DNA of 62,648 bases, filler included, from Asterionella formosa (Eukaryota): the NCBI GenBank assembly GCA_002256025.1. It is 13 parts of 13 records of this genome, joined end to end, with 100 filler letters (N's around TTAATTAATTAA, not from the genome) between each part and the next. Parts side by side here need not be neighbours in the genome. Positions count along the whole stretch, not along the records: positions 24,188 to 28,916 come from NKIB01013394.1; positions 29,017 to 33,745 come from NKIB01013395.1; positions 33,846 to 38,572 come from NKIB01013396.1; 10 more parts are not named here. One strand, given 5' to 3'. The first letter of the stretch is position 1. Every line of letters starts with the position of its first letter. Under the pieces are notes generated by a model that was given only the letters and a program-made list of their open reading frames with translations, was not told the DNA's origin and ran no database searches. Shown piece by piece: positions 26,323 to 38,672 of the stretch. A program made the translations under genes and the position numbers.

Positions 26323-27359
26323 CTATATTAATAGCAGTGTAAGCTCAGCACATTGGTAGTCATTTGGGTTTCTTTCAATGTCCAAAATACCATAACCGGC
26401 ATCCAGGAAGCGAAGCAGAATCTCATTGACAGCCTTCCTTCGTTTGCCCTTGACTAGAGCAGGGGAGACAGCATTCGGACTAGCACCCTCTGTATGCATT
26501 TCAAAGTTGATTTGGCGAGGAAGTGAATGGTGTGGAAGTTCCAGGATGCTCTCAAAGATGGTCCATTCTGATCCCTCCAAATCAAACTTCAAATAATCAA
26601 TTTGGTCATGGCCAAGATCGTTCATAACTTGTTGCAAGGGTTTAAAGATGAGGGTTTGATTATGGCTCACCCATGACGTGCCAATCAAAGCACCCTCGGC
26701 CCTGCCGATACAAATTTGATGAAATGTGAAGTCCTGATCCTTGACTGTTGGTTCCTCTCCCGTAATAGTACAATCAAAGGCATGAGTGGTACACAAAATG
26801 GGGCCATGAGTTGCTCAAACTGTGAATCCGGACCAATACCAACAGCATACAAAAGACAATCCTCCTTGCTATTCATCAGAGCTGGGTCCATAATGGTCTT
26901 TTGGATTTCACCATTTCCTTTCATAATAATTGGTGGAGCCAAAGGAACGAAGGGCTCGATATCTGAAAATGGGTCACCACCACAATTGACCCAGTTTATT
27001 TTCTTGTTTGTAGAAACAGTGTCGCACAACAAATCCCTGTCAATGGCAGTAGTCAACTTGTTTCTTGCTGCTTCACGATATGGTCCCATGGCAGGACGCA
27101 ATCCCGCAATAACTTGAGACCATTTGTCCCCAATCGAGGAGGATACCTGCGAATTGTTCTGCTGGTTACTGCTACTCCTTGTAGAAGTCGTCGTGTGCGA
27201 CAGACAGTCCTCAAGCAAGCTGCCGCTGAACGATGCTGAACTATCATAATAGTTGTTCGTGCTGCTGTAAATTGCTCCTACTAGTAGTACGGAAGCAACA
27301 AGAAGGATACAACCAGATGAGCCGATGCGGCGAGGAAATTTATCCTTGATGATCGCCAT
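26323..27359 (-). pseudogene. Type II membrane SAM-dependent methyltransferase (FkbM/Methyltransf_22-like), frameshifted
   Basis: N-terminal TM segment; CLLYAVGIG..SQFE, HAFDCT, IDYLKFDLEGSEW, QINFEMH, CAELTL; an extra GT at about 26791-26794 splits the ORF. Confidence 0.8.
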
Positions 27360-27389
27360 TTCTTTTTGCTGTTCCAAGGCGCCAGGAGA
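27360..27389 (-). mobile_element. 30-nt 3' stub of retroposon S1 with a perfect 16-bp TSD
   Basis: ccttgatgatcgccat (27344-27359 and 27390-27405) flanks the reverse complement of TCTCCTGGCGCCTTGGAACAGCAAAAAGAA. Confidence 0.93.
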
Positions 27390-27779
27390 CCTTGATGATC
27401 GCCATGAGCTTGCCGAACATCACAACACATGTGGTGTATTTTGTATTCTAGAAAAGCAAAGGAAAATATAGAATAGCGAATTCATATATACCACAAAGAG
27501 AACAACATTTGAAAGCAAAAGTGCGTATACACCGGAATGAATATATGTGTACCATGGTACCGTACTCCGAGTACTCACTCCAATAAAGAAGACAGTGTCA
27601 AATGTGGGAAGGAGCGAATCTTCAGTCTTACTTATAGGCCTTATTAGTCCGTAAATCCTGTGTTCCTGTTCTCCCCCATGCTCCCACAACAGTCTCCTCT
27701 TTGTACATCTGGTACTTCCCACCCAGATATTTAACTTGTGCAGAAAAAGAAAACATAATATTTTCATTTATAATAAGAT

Positions 27780-28560
27780 AATCATTTTTAATAGCACATT
27801 TTTAATATTCTATTTCTAGAGTTGCCATCATTGCGGTCCATGCCCCATGTAAGGTGGTGGAGTGCTGGTGGAAAGGTTTGGTTGATGGTAGTCACTTCTT
27901 TGTGTGGAAGTTGCTTAAAAAAATTGTAGTAGCTATGCTCTTGATTCAGTTCTCAATGATTGCACTTCTCATGTCAGCTGGAGAATTGGATGGTGAGTGT
28001 GGATTGGACTAAAGATTTCCATTTTGTCCCCACTTCTGATGGTTCTATTTGAAGTAAACTATCAATAACAATTGGTGATTCCAGGCCTTCTAACTCATTG
28101 TTTTTTCGTCTTTGTCTTCATTGTATTTGCCATCATAAAATTATTGCTTTGAGCAGCAGCACATCCAGCTCTGCCACAATTTCTTCATCAGTGACTTCTT
28201 TATTTATCCATCTTCTTCTTCGTTCTTGTCAACAATGTAAAGCACATCGCCATTCTTGTATTCTCCTTCTTCCACTGAAATAACGCTCATTGGCGTGAAG
28301 AAGGGGTTAAACTTCTTCTTTCTTTTTCTTCTTTCTTTTTTCTTTTCTCTTGTTGTTTTCTTTGCATGGTTCTTCTTCTGTTCTCGTTGTGTTGATACCA
28401 TTGCCATGAATTCCTCAATTGTAATGTTTGCTTCAAACGCTAAATCGACATCCATGCAATCGCCATTTCTCACTGCTCCAGGAGGATTCAGCCAGATTTG
28501 TCTGCTTTTCCAGTTCCTCCTCTTTCTGCTTTCTCTTTCTATTAGATTTCATTATGAGTG
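27780..28560 (-). repeat. Family C interspersed repeat
   Basis: Reverse complement of 12565-13110 and 41565-41750. Confidence 0.8.
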
Positions 28561-29016
28561 AATGGAATTTTTTGTCATGATGAACATAAATCATAGTAGC
28601 ATGATTTGATTGGTTTGCGGAAATCCCAGCATGACAGAACTTTGTAGAACTTACAAGATAATTATATGTGTGTATAGAAACATGTAAATAAAGCTATTTC
28701 ACTCTAGAAATAAGGATAATATGTGTGCAGAAACAGGTAAACAAAGCTACTTCACTCTAGAAATCAGTATGTGACTTGTGCTAAATTTTCTAGCATACAA
28801 GGGCACCAAAATTTGGAAAATCAAATGATCATAGAAACCGATTCAACCAAGAACAATATCACTTCACATCAATATTTGAAGGTTTTAAACAATGGAGAAG
28901 ACAATTGGGATGTTTGNNNNNNNNNNNNNNNNNNNNNNNNNNNNNNNNNNNNNNNNNNNNTTAATTAATTAANNNNNNNNNNNNNNNNNNNNNNNNNNNN
29001 NNNNNNNNNNNNNNNN

Positions 29017-29790
29017 CAGGCAAGAAAAGCATCTCCATCCATCAAATCATCTGTCTTGGCAGAATTCACAATCCCAAATGCAATCCCACTGACACTAAGA
29101 ATCAATAGCTGATATGCCTTGTCATTCAACTCATACTTCTTCTTCTTGTCAACATCAGTAGACACCAAATAGGCATCATCGTCGATTGGCTTCGTGTCTT
29201 TGGCATAAACATGCCTAAAACCTTTTGATTTCGTAAGCTGAAGAGTCTTGATACTCCACTCATGCCAAGCAGTTTCGCTTCCATCAAACTTGATAAAGCG
29301 AACAGTCTCACCTGATTTCTCATCAGCTTTACCATGTCTCTAGACCTGTAGGTTCGTTTTAAAACGTGTTAAATTGTCTAGTTGAAATATCACAGATCTT
29401 ACTTTTAAGATCTCTAAAGCTGAAAACGTATTTTCACTTTACACTTTGCAATATTGTGAGCTTTCTGTTAATAATAGTCTATCTAGGTCTTGTTCTTGCC
29501 TGATTACTTATGTAATCCCGAACAAGACTTCTCACACTTTCCTTGGTCTCGTCGAAAATGATCTTGCTTACTTTGACAATAAGTAAGCATATTCATTTGA
29601 CAATAAGTGAGCAGCACTTATTCTTTTGACAATAAGTGAGCATCTGATTCACTTGTCAATAAGTAACATCTCCAGTCATTTGTCAATAAGTAAACATCTC
29701 CAGTCATTGTCAATAAATGTCGAAATGTTCCGGGTCTTGGTTTCTAATCACTACTAAGAGTATTGCTTCTCTATTCGTCGGATTCCATAT
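29017..29790 (-). mobile_element. Copia 5' region: gag N-terminus and probable 5' LTR
   Basis: NDKAYQLLILSVSGIAFGIVNSAKTDDLMDGDAFLA (Copia gag); direct and inverted TTGACAATAAGT repeats at 29570-29720. Confidence 0.75.
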
Positions 29791-29802
29791 ATTTTATCAA
29801 CA

Positions 29803-30163
29803 TTGAACAATGCTTGTGATTAGAAATATGATCATGTTTAAGATAGATTTACGATTAAAGAATTCACATGATAGCATAAAGTTGAGCTGGTTTTAGGATA
29901 CGTTGTAGTTCAAATTTACATCGGTCGAGAAGGTTTATGATATTGATGGGAAATGTTGTTGATCAGTTTATATACATTGTGTGATGATAATGTTCTTATT
30001 ATCATTATACTTCAAGGTCGGTAAAATATTCATAAATCATCATAGTTACAAGATACCTTGATCATATTTTGGATCCAAAAATTATCATATATACGAAAAT
30101 CCTGTGCCACTTAGCGTATGATACCCTTGATCCTATATGCATGATACTTTTTATTTGCAGACG
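29803..30163 (-). repeat. Family B terminal segment
   Basis: Reverse complement of 6816-7162 plus the terminus TTTTATTTGCAGACG. Confidence 0.85.
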
Positions 30164-32124
30164 CTTGTTTCAAAGGCAGCCGATGCTGGCCAATTATTCA
30201 CAGAACCATTCATTTGATATCGTTTTCTATTGGCTCTTTGTCCTGCCTTTCACGCCTTTATCCAACCCTACCTCTTTCACCAGAAGGACATCACCACCAT
30301 GACCCTGGTGGTCACCCTGACCGCTTCTGCCAAGACATACACGGACACCTCTGAGTTTGACTCCTCCAAGATGGCTCACACAGGTCACCGTACTGCTACT
30401 CCTTCCTCCTCTGATTCCTCAACCTCCCCAACCGCATGTATTGGGACCCCTTACTTCAATACCTCCCAGGCCAGGGTTATGCAGCAATTCAAATGCCCCA
30501 TTGATCGCTGCAATCATCATGACCTTGCTGCATGTAGTCTGGTAGCCTCCCGCTTCTCCATTGTTCCCAAACCTCTCTCCTCCTCTGGTGGTCGCCTTTT
30601 GAAACAGGGCGACAGCAAGAACGCCTTTCGCCATCCTGTTCTACCCCCTGACGAGGTGGTTGTGATTAAACCCCCTCATGGTTGCCCCATTGTTTCCAAG
30701 CGTGGTAACCTACTGGCGCCTCCATAAAACTCCTCTCTATGCTCTCCGTCGGAGCCCTCACCATTGGTTCACCTGTCCCTGGGCTTATCCCAGTGCCCTC
30801 ATGAACCCTGCATTTTCTTTGGTTCTCCTATGCCTAGTTCCCCTCCCCTTTATGTGGGCATATATGTGGACGACTTTACCTACTTCTCTGTTAGTGATGA
30901 GGTTGAGCAGTGCTGGTTTGAGGCCGCTGTGGCGGCTCATCTCCGGGTTGACTTCATGGGTCCCATCTCATGGTTCCTTGGTATCTACTTTATCGCCCCC
31001 ACTGGTCACCTCAGTGCATGTTCATTTATCCCAGGAGGCTTACCTTCGCAATCTCCTTGACCGGTTTGATATGGTGGATTGTCGCCATGCCCTTACCACT
31101 TATCACTCTGTCCTGGTCTATGACCGCATTGTGCCTGATGGAGCTGAACTTTCTCCCAAAGCTCGCGCGGCCAATGTTATACAACACCAGTCACTCATTG
31201 GGGCTCTCAATTGGCTGGCTGTCAGCACACATCCTGATGTCTCTGTTGCCCTCACTCTCCTGACTCAGCACAACTCCTATGCCACCCCCGCTCACCTTTT
31301 AGGTGCCAAGTATGTGTTACGATACCTGGCTGGCTCTGCCGATCATGGCATCGCCTTTACCTCGCAATTTGCTTCCTCATACCTCTCCACCACCTTTGGC
31401 TGGCCCAAGGACACTCCCACTCTCATCACTTACACCGATGCCAACTCGGGCCCCCAAGATGCTTCCAAACCCAACCCCATCGACATCATCTCTCTTGCCA
31501 AGTGTTGCTCCCTTCTTGGTTCCATCAGTACATGTACAGGTGGCCCCATCGCCTGGGATGTCATTTGTGAACCTCACGTGAGCCGCTGTACTTGCAAATC
31601 TGAAATCAAATCTGCGGATGAGGGCACCAAGGTTACCCAAGAATTCATCCGCCATATCCTTAGTGACCTTCACATGCCTGTTGTCACTCTCCCCACCCCT
31701 CTTTGGAATGAAAACAGAGGTGCTGTGGACTGGTCCCAAAACTGTGCTAACAAAAAGATGTGGCATATTAATTTCCGCAACATGGCTGTGCGCGACACTC
31801 ACCGTTTTTCCGAAATCTTTGTCACCCACCTCCCAGAGGATACCAATGTTGCTTGATCTGTTCACCAAAGAACATAAAGATGATGCCCATTTTCTCCACA
31901 TCCGCAATATTATTGTCCCATCATCTCATGGGAATTTTCTCACTTGAGGGGGTTGTTGGTACCATGTACTGGTTACTCCATATATCCTACCAAGATTCCT
32001 GTAAGTGCTTAATTCCCATGAGTACTGGTCCCTCTACAGCTAGTTAAATACTACTTTAGAATCTCAGTTCCTTGTTAATGTAGCTGCCACTGGCAGCTGT
32101 TGCAAGCATTTCTCCCTCTCAACA
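30164..32124 (+). mobile_element. Degenerate Copia RT-RNase H with PPT and a short 3' LTR (31954-32124)
   Basis: LKQGD.KNAF, LYALRRSP.HWF, IYVDDF, LSQEAY, YTDANSGPQDAS; PPT GAGGGGG; LTR TGTTG...CAACA. Confidence 0.9.
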
Positions 32125-32135
32125 CACACAACTAT

Positions 32136-32356
32136 ATTCAAAGTAGTCAATATGGAATCCTACGTTTAGGTAACTTTGGATTAAAAAACCTAAGTGTAAT
32201 GCATTTGGGTAACTTATTGGGATAAGGGCACGGAATCCCCAAAACGTAATGCGTTTGCGTTGGGTTTTTCACTCCTGATTGATAGCATCGTTTTTTAGGG
32301 TTGCCGAAATCAAATCACTGTTTGGTTTGCGTTTTGGCCCGCCGTTAGCAACAGCC
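32136..32356 (-). mobile_element. Partial copy of the Harbinger-type MITE
   Basis: Reverse complement of 53909-54127; ends GTTAGCAACAGCC|TAA. Confidence 0.85.
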
Positions 32357-33470
32357 TAAATATTGATTACACAAATGAATGTTCAGTGTAGCTCGTTCAT
32401 ACATAGAGAAGCGCTACATGGTCAGCTTCAGATGGATCGTTTCAGATTTGTAAACTATCAGAGATTCGTGACAAAACGTGTTATTCTACGCATAGAGGTT
32501 CAAGGCGGTAAAATAGTTTCGATATACATAGGTTAAAAGCAGTTTTTAGGTGGTACTTTGTCCGCCAGAAATGAACTGATGATGAGGCCTGTGTCACTAA
32601 TATATACAAGGCCCTTCAGCTGGATCAGCGATAGGATCGACTCCCTTGTTAAACCTCTGGTGGCGCACTATCCCGCTGTCGTCAATACCTACTGTTCGGT
32701 TAACTACGCAAAGCTCTGAAACAATAATGCTCTCTGTAAAACTGAGTCGCTATTGATACATGACTCAAACAAAAAGTGGATCTGACTTTGCATCATCCCG
32801 TGTTGACTACGTTTGCGTCCACTAGAATGTGATTCATCCTTAATTTTGTGGGAGTATAGACGTTGGACCAGCTCGTTGCAAAGATATTAGCAATAGTGAT
32901 AGGATGATGGTGTGAATCAGAATGTAGTCTATGTGCAGGATTCACAATATTGCCACATCTTGCCTTTCTGGCGAATTCTTTGTCAACCATGATAGCGAGA
33001 GATCATTGTGAACGACAAAACAAAATAAATTAAGGGAAACCATCTGATTCAGCTCAGCTTCTAGTCAAGCATCCAGATTTTAGGGCACTTGGTATCACTT
33101 TCACACTCCTCTCTCAATCCATCATTAGCCTTCTTGCATACCATCAATGACATGGACGACCGGCGCATGGGCTCATTTTCATTTGGGTCGAATAAACTCA
33201 CTGGTACATGCAAAGCCTCACCCCAAAGTCAAATCTCAGTACCTGATGGCCTCATAGAAAAGCTGTTGAAAGCTACCTTTTTCAGGTCAGCTGATGTTCC
33301 TGGTGGTACTTGCTACAAACACATCTGATAGACTGAGTATGACTAATCGACCAAGTAGAAGTGCGACCTTCGCGGCACTCCTAGTATCCAGGCAACAAAA
33401 GCACAATTTATAAGGGGTCTAACTAGATCAGTTGATGCCATTGTCAAAATATACTTCTTCTATGCATCAG

Positions 33471-33745
33471 CTAGAATGATAATGGGTCGATTCTCCTTCC
33501 ATTAATAAACTCATCAGTGTCACCAGTATCATCAAACTTGCCCTGCCAATCATCCCTCCTGTCTTCTCCACGCACAACTTGATTCACCAACTTGATCGCT
33601 TTCTTGAATGCTGTATTCAATACCTTGACAGCGTAGAAATCATATCCGTCTGATTCCATTGACTCCATTAGTCTAAGTGCTTTCAGGGGTTGACGAGTCC
33701 TTTCATATGCCGCAACTGTTGTGGTATAGAGATCAACGTCAGGAG
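33471..33745 (-). CDS. 3' end of a pentatricopeptide-repeat protein
   Basis: PDVDLYTTTVAAYERTRQPLKALRLMESMESDG fits a PPR motif; open from the contig edge. Confidence 0.7.
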
Positions 33746-33845
33746 NNNNNNNNNNNNNNNNNNNNNNNNNNNNNNNNNNNNNNNNNNNNTTAATTAATTA
33801 ANNNNNNNNNNNNNNNNNNNNNNNNNNNNNNNNNNNNNNNNNNNN

Positions 33846-34143
33846 ATTCAGGGGGAGGAGTTTGTCCGTCCTTGACAAACGGCCAGTAGCCATCAGTTCG
33901 GGAGAGGGCATTTCTCTGCGATAGTTCAGATGGTGGATAGAGCAAATCTAATCCATCAATAACGTCAGAGTAGGAAACGCCGGAAATGGATTTGGCATTT
34001 TGAGATTCGATAAGTCCTAGACTGTTTGCTGCAATTGAGAATAGCTTTCTATGATGGTTGGTTTTCGGGGTAAAGCCTGCCACGAAAAGGGCAGCCGATA
34101 AGAAGGAAAGCGCAGGGAGCTTCGCCGACGTTGTGTGCATCAT
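33846..34143 (-). CDS. 5' end of a plastid-targeted protein (bipartite presequence)
   Basis: Signal peptide LSFLSAALFVAG followed by FTP, an ASAFAP-type motif of complex-plastid algae; SRTDGYWPF block; function not assigned. Confidence 0.7.
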
Positions 34144-34582
34144 ATATGTTCATACAGCGTTATGTTGGTCCACCAGTTCTCTGATGATTTAGAAATTGTT
34201 GACAGCAGCAGGCGCCGACGCCATCATTTTGGAAATACGAGATCGGTCAACGCACGGGGTTAAAGAAGGTGTGGCTACATTTTGCTGAATTGGCGTGCGT
34301 GCATCAGTCAACGGTGTTGTTGAATGAGAGGAATCTTTGTGGTTACATAACCCCGGCATCTTAGCAATTTTTTGCATTTATATACATATTCATTTATGAG
34401 TGTAACGACTGTATAAAGGTATCTATGAACAATGTCGACAATAGATATAAATTAAATTCATACCTGAATATATGATGATGATGGACCCCGATGTGAACAC
34501 GATAAGGAATCAATACTACCAGTACCAGGTACCGCGGACGATAGAATATGTTGAAATTGCGTCCCGAAGCCCTTTAAACATA

Positions 34583-35217
34583 CCCGTATACTTCATTGTA
34601 CTGGACCCCCCTGTACATTTTTCTCGAGTTAGAACCAAACACCCAATAATTTTCTTGTCATAGACAAAGTAACGTGCTAAAATTCTTTTTGTCCTCGTAG
34701 GCACTAGTATATAATTATTTACCTACGATTTTGCGATTCGTTTGTACATGCAACACACAAGAGACGACATGTAGTGCCTGTGAGCAGCTGGAGAATCCAT
34801 CGTCATGTTGTCGCAACCTTGACCATGACGAAAATACGAATTATCTCCACGAAAATAGAGAAAGACACTTTGCTAGTTGCAAACTGTATTAAGAACGACA
34901 TGGAAAATACCATCGTAAAAGAAGTAAAGTAATAACACTAATAATGACAACGAAAATTGAGATCGCCGATAACAACATGAAGTCGCGTTTTTCTTGCGAG
35001 GTGAAGAACTCTCTCGTTTTTCACATCACTGAAATAATTGTCATACTACATACATCTTAGAAAAATGTGTGCTATCCTGTAGAACTAAAGAAATTTACTT
35101 AGGTCCATTATAAGGGAAATCTCTTCATTGTCCTGAGCCCCCCTACCGGTAAGTAAAATCAGTCAAATTCAGTCACGGCAGTGTACATTGGAGGGTCCAG
35201 GACAATAAAGTAAACGG
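34583..35217. mobile_element. 635-bp MITE with CC(C)G...CGG termini and TA TSD (pogo/Tc1-type)
   Basis: Left TA|CCCGTATACTTCATTGTACTGGACCCCCC-TGTACA versus right reverse complement TA|CCGTTTACTTTATTGTCCTGGACCCTCCAATGTACA. Confidence 0.8.
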
Positions 35218-36044
35218 TAGCTTTCTTGTATCCTGTAAGGGCCCTAAGGAGACGTCAGGGACCAAATACCGGTAGGCTGTGGATATGAACAACGATGTTA
35301 CAGTAATCGATTGTAATCGTTCCGACATGAGAAATTGAGGGCAACAATATCTTAAAAGTCATCAGAATCCCAACATAAGAAAGCTTTATGTGTGCGCCTT
35401 ACAAAACCATCCAAATTTGAGAATGCTCAAAGTAGCGGAAATTCATTATGTAACATCATTATACAATGGTAAAAAAACATCCATCGAAATGTCCATCAAA
35501 CAAGGAAGCATTCCAATTAATGTCAAATTTCCTTGAATATTTCCAGGTCGGAACCATGCGGTTTGCGATAATTGCATGAGAGGGCGAGCGTTGATGTTTC
35601 CTGTTCATCCATCATAGGAAACAAACGTCTTAAAGGTCATTGACGGCACCTATCAAAGTTGCTGCGGGTATTTTGATAGCGGTTGTTCCAGCTGTAAACG
35701 TTGATAATAGCATTGTCCACGCCAAAGATGTCCAATATGAGGGAGGCTGCGGGTATTTCGATAGTGGTTGTTGCCAGCTGTAAATGTTGATAATAATATT
35801 GTCCACGCCAAATGTGTCTACGATGAGGGAGGATCCACTGCTTCACTATTATGATTTGTTCACAATTGAGTTTTTGAAAATGCATGATGATGACATCCTT
35901 GGCATGGCCACCTAGTATGATTGTTAGTTTCGTAGCAGATTTTGGAAGGAAAGGAGCATTGACTCTTTCGAATGACTATGTAGTATATATTTTTATAAAT
36001 CCTTAAAGTACTAACATACTTACAATTGGTTTCAAAGTTTCAAC

Positions 36045-36800
36045 TTATCGTCTCGTACTGGTAGCTGAACTCACTGTATTGCATTCTGGACAACTGACCA
36101 ATGTTGCTAATAATTTGACCCGTAGTTGCGCCCGGCATCCTAAGCAACGGACACTATGCTCGTCCGGAGGCATGGTGTTGACCGGAGTTCCTCGACTAGG
36201 AGTACCACAACACAAGTCAGGGACGCGATCCATTCTTTGATGCATGAACCGACTTTTGAATGTTAGTGCTGGTATGGAGGATGGTTCTTCTGGTTTGGGT
36301 GGCGATGCCACCGTCGTTTTTATTAATATGGGTTCTGGGAGGCAAGTTGCTTTCGACGGCAACTTTTTTTGATCATCATTAGATGAGAATTTCTTCTTTT
36401 TTTCATAATCGTGCCTGTCAAATCCAATAATCTCCTTGACACGAGATAAGGCTTGATGCTGTGCCATGATGCGATATTGTTCCAAAATTTCACCATCGTC
36501 AAAGGTGAAGTCGCTATTGTCAGTATTACCGTCATTACCTGTAGAATTGGCAGTGCCAAATAAGTCATCCAACTGATCTGTTTTTTCAGTCTGATTCCAT
36601 GCGTCTTCATACCAACTACTGAGTCTACTTTCTTCATTGTTTTTCATGACTGGAAGTGGCGTACTTTCACTAAGAACATTGTCGTTCGTAGTAGCGTTGG
36701 TTTCGTTCCTATCAGCAACTTTCAATTGATAAAAGGACCGTACAAAACTTGACCTATCTCGAGATGCCTGATGAGCTGCACGACGATCGTTTGTGGACAT
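36045..36800 (-). CDS. Protein with a C-terminal LSD1-type zinc finger
   Basis: 251-aa ORF ending VRCLGCRAQLRVKLLATLVSCPECNTVS. Confidence 0.8.
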   Translation of the reverse strand: MSTNDRRAAHQASRDRSSFVRSFYQLKVADRNETNATTNDNVLSESTPLPVMKNNEESRLSSWYEDAWNQTEKTDQLDDLFGTANSTGNDGNTDNSDFTFDDGEILEQYRIMAQHQALSRVKEIIGFDRHDYEKKKKFSSNDDQKKLPSKATCLPEPILIKTTVASPPKPEEPSSIPALTFKSRFMHQRMDRVPDLCCGTPSRGTPVNTMPPDEHSVRCLGCRAQLRVKLLATLVSCPECNTVSSATSTRR

Positions 36801-36976
36801 GATGGCGAGCTATGAATGGGATAGAAAGGAGCAACAGCAGCACATTAGTGTAATGATTTTTTATTGCATGAGAGCAACAACATGTTATTATACATTCGGT
36901 TATTTATACGATGCATGGACACACTTGTTGCCTTTTTTGTTACATGTTCCACCTATGGTACGGTTGTACGGTACTA

Positions 36977-37840
36977 CCAGTAAAAAACTGCATTGACCCA
37001 CTGTTTTATCCCATTCGTTTGATTAATTCGACTAACACTTAGCTTCCCTCTCTCTGAAATCTGTTCGGAAGTATTGATGGCATAAGGCGTCGGTACATTA
37101 GCATCCTTTTCCTAGTTAAATTGAATATCTGGTTCAGAAGATATTTATATACCTGTACATCTAGACGTAAAATTCAGTCTCAGTGGGTCAATGCAGTATA
37201 TGAAATTTTTCACATACCTGAAAGTAATTTTATATTCGTTGGTGAACACGAATTATCCTGTTTGGTTCAAAGCGAAAAGACATAACATGCATGATGCTCC
37301 ATACATGATACCAGTACATTGTACAGGTACAATTCCTGGTACCTGCTACCAGGTACAATAGATGTACAGTATCAGTTTTGTGCACAGCCATGGGTACATA
37401 TTTATTGGTACCAGGCACCAGGTACTCCGTACCACTTATAATGGTCTGCCTAGATAGATACTGATATTACACGGCTGCACCGGGTTTCATCAATTTTTAT
37501 TTACTGAATTATTGTTGACAAGGTTATGAATAAGACATAAAATGCGAGAAATTTATGTACATCGTTGTACACAACATAAGATGAGAACTCAAAACTTGGG
37601 ATGATCCGTGCTTTTCACTTTTTTTTCTGATCGCCACTTTTGAGCTAAATTAACGAAAGATCGACGTCCAATCGGTTGAGAACTAACAGTATCACTCCAT
37701 CCGGTTTATGCACAAGATACATTCTGGAGCTTAAGAAATAGAAAATGAATGATTTTTCATAACAAAACGTGTTTTTTATACCGTCAGTGGGTCAATGCAG
37801 TTCGTAATTTTTCTCAGTGGGTCAATGCAGTTTTTTCTGG
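36977..37840. mobile_element. 864-bp MITE with CCAG...CTGG termini
   Basis: TA|CCAGTAAAAAACTGCATTGACCCACTG ... CAGTGGGTCAATGCAGTTTTTTCTGG|CA; CAGTGGGTCAATGCAG repeated internally at about 37181 and 37785. Confidence 0.88.
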
Positions 37841-38672
37841 CACCGGTAGTCACCTGGTACCTACACATCAATAGTCCCAACAACATCCTACATAGCATAT
37901 CGACGAAGGCTTCTTTCAATATGGATATGCCGGTACCAGGTATACCACAAGAATTGTAATGGTAAGCAATACTGACGTGGTTGCATCGCTTTCTTCCCGC
38001 ATATTCTTGGCGGTTCTCGCGAATACAATGATCGTGAAGAATTAATTGCAGCGATTAAAAATATTCCATTTCGCAAGCGTACTACGTATCCTAAAAAAGC
38101 ATGTACCCGATGTATTTCAGCTAAGTATAGCGGTACCAGGTACAGACGTGTCACACTTTCTTTGATCATAGGTACCGGTAGATTACCGATATCCTGCAGG
38201 TACCTGGCACATTAGCTACCTGTGTATCGTATATTACTTACTACCGGTATTACCTGTGCGTATTTTTTTCAGTGGTCTATCATTTATGTATAGTAAGTTC
38301 CTGGTACCAGGTACCAGGTACCTGGTAGCTGGTACCAGGTAGTCTACCAGATTTTGATGGTCCTCGATGAGGAGGATGATTATGTACTGGTATGCATCTT
38401 AGCTTCCACCGACGCGCACACACACGCACCAGGGAGCAATCTACTGGTAGTATACGGAGTACGGAGTCTTCCTTTTCTTATTACCGGTTGCGGGAAGGTG
38501 ATCCGAATTGCGAAAGTAAGGTCAGCAAGCAAAGCAAGCAAGGACTTGTTCACCACAATATCATAATAACAANNNNNNNNNNNNNNNNNNNNNNNNNNNN
38601 NNNNNNNNNNNNNNNNTTAATTAATTAANNNNNNNNNNNNNNNNNNNNNNNNNNNNNNNNNNNNNNNNNNNN

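Noticed and set aside
32570..32620. CTGATGA followed by a GGCC stem, hammerhead-like
   Set aside because: No GAAA core after stem II
35680..35815. Tandem duplication of about 87 nt
   Set aside because: Two copies only, with no associated structure or recognisable ORF
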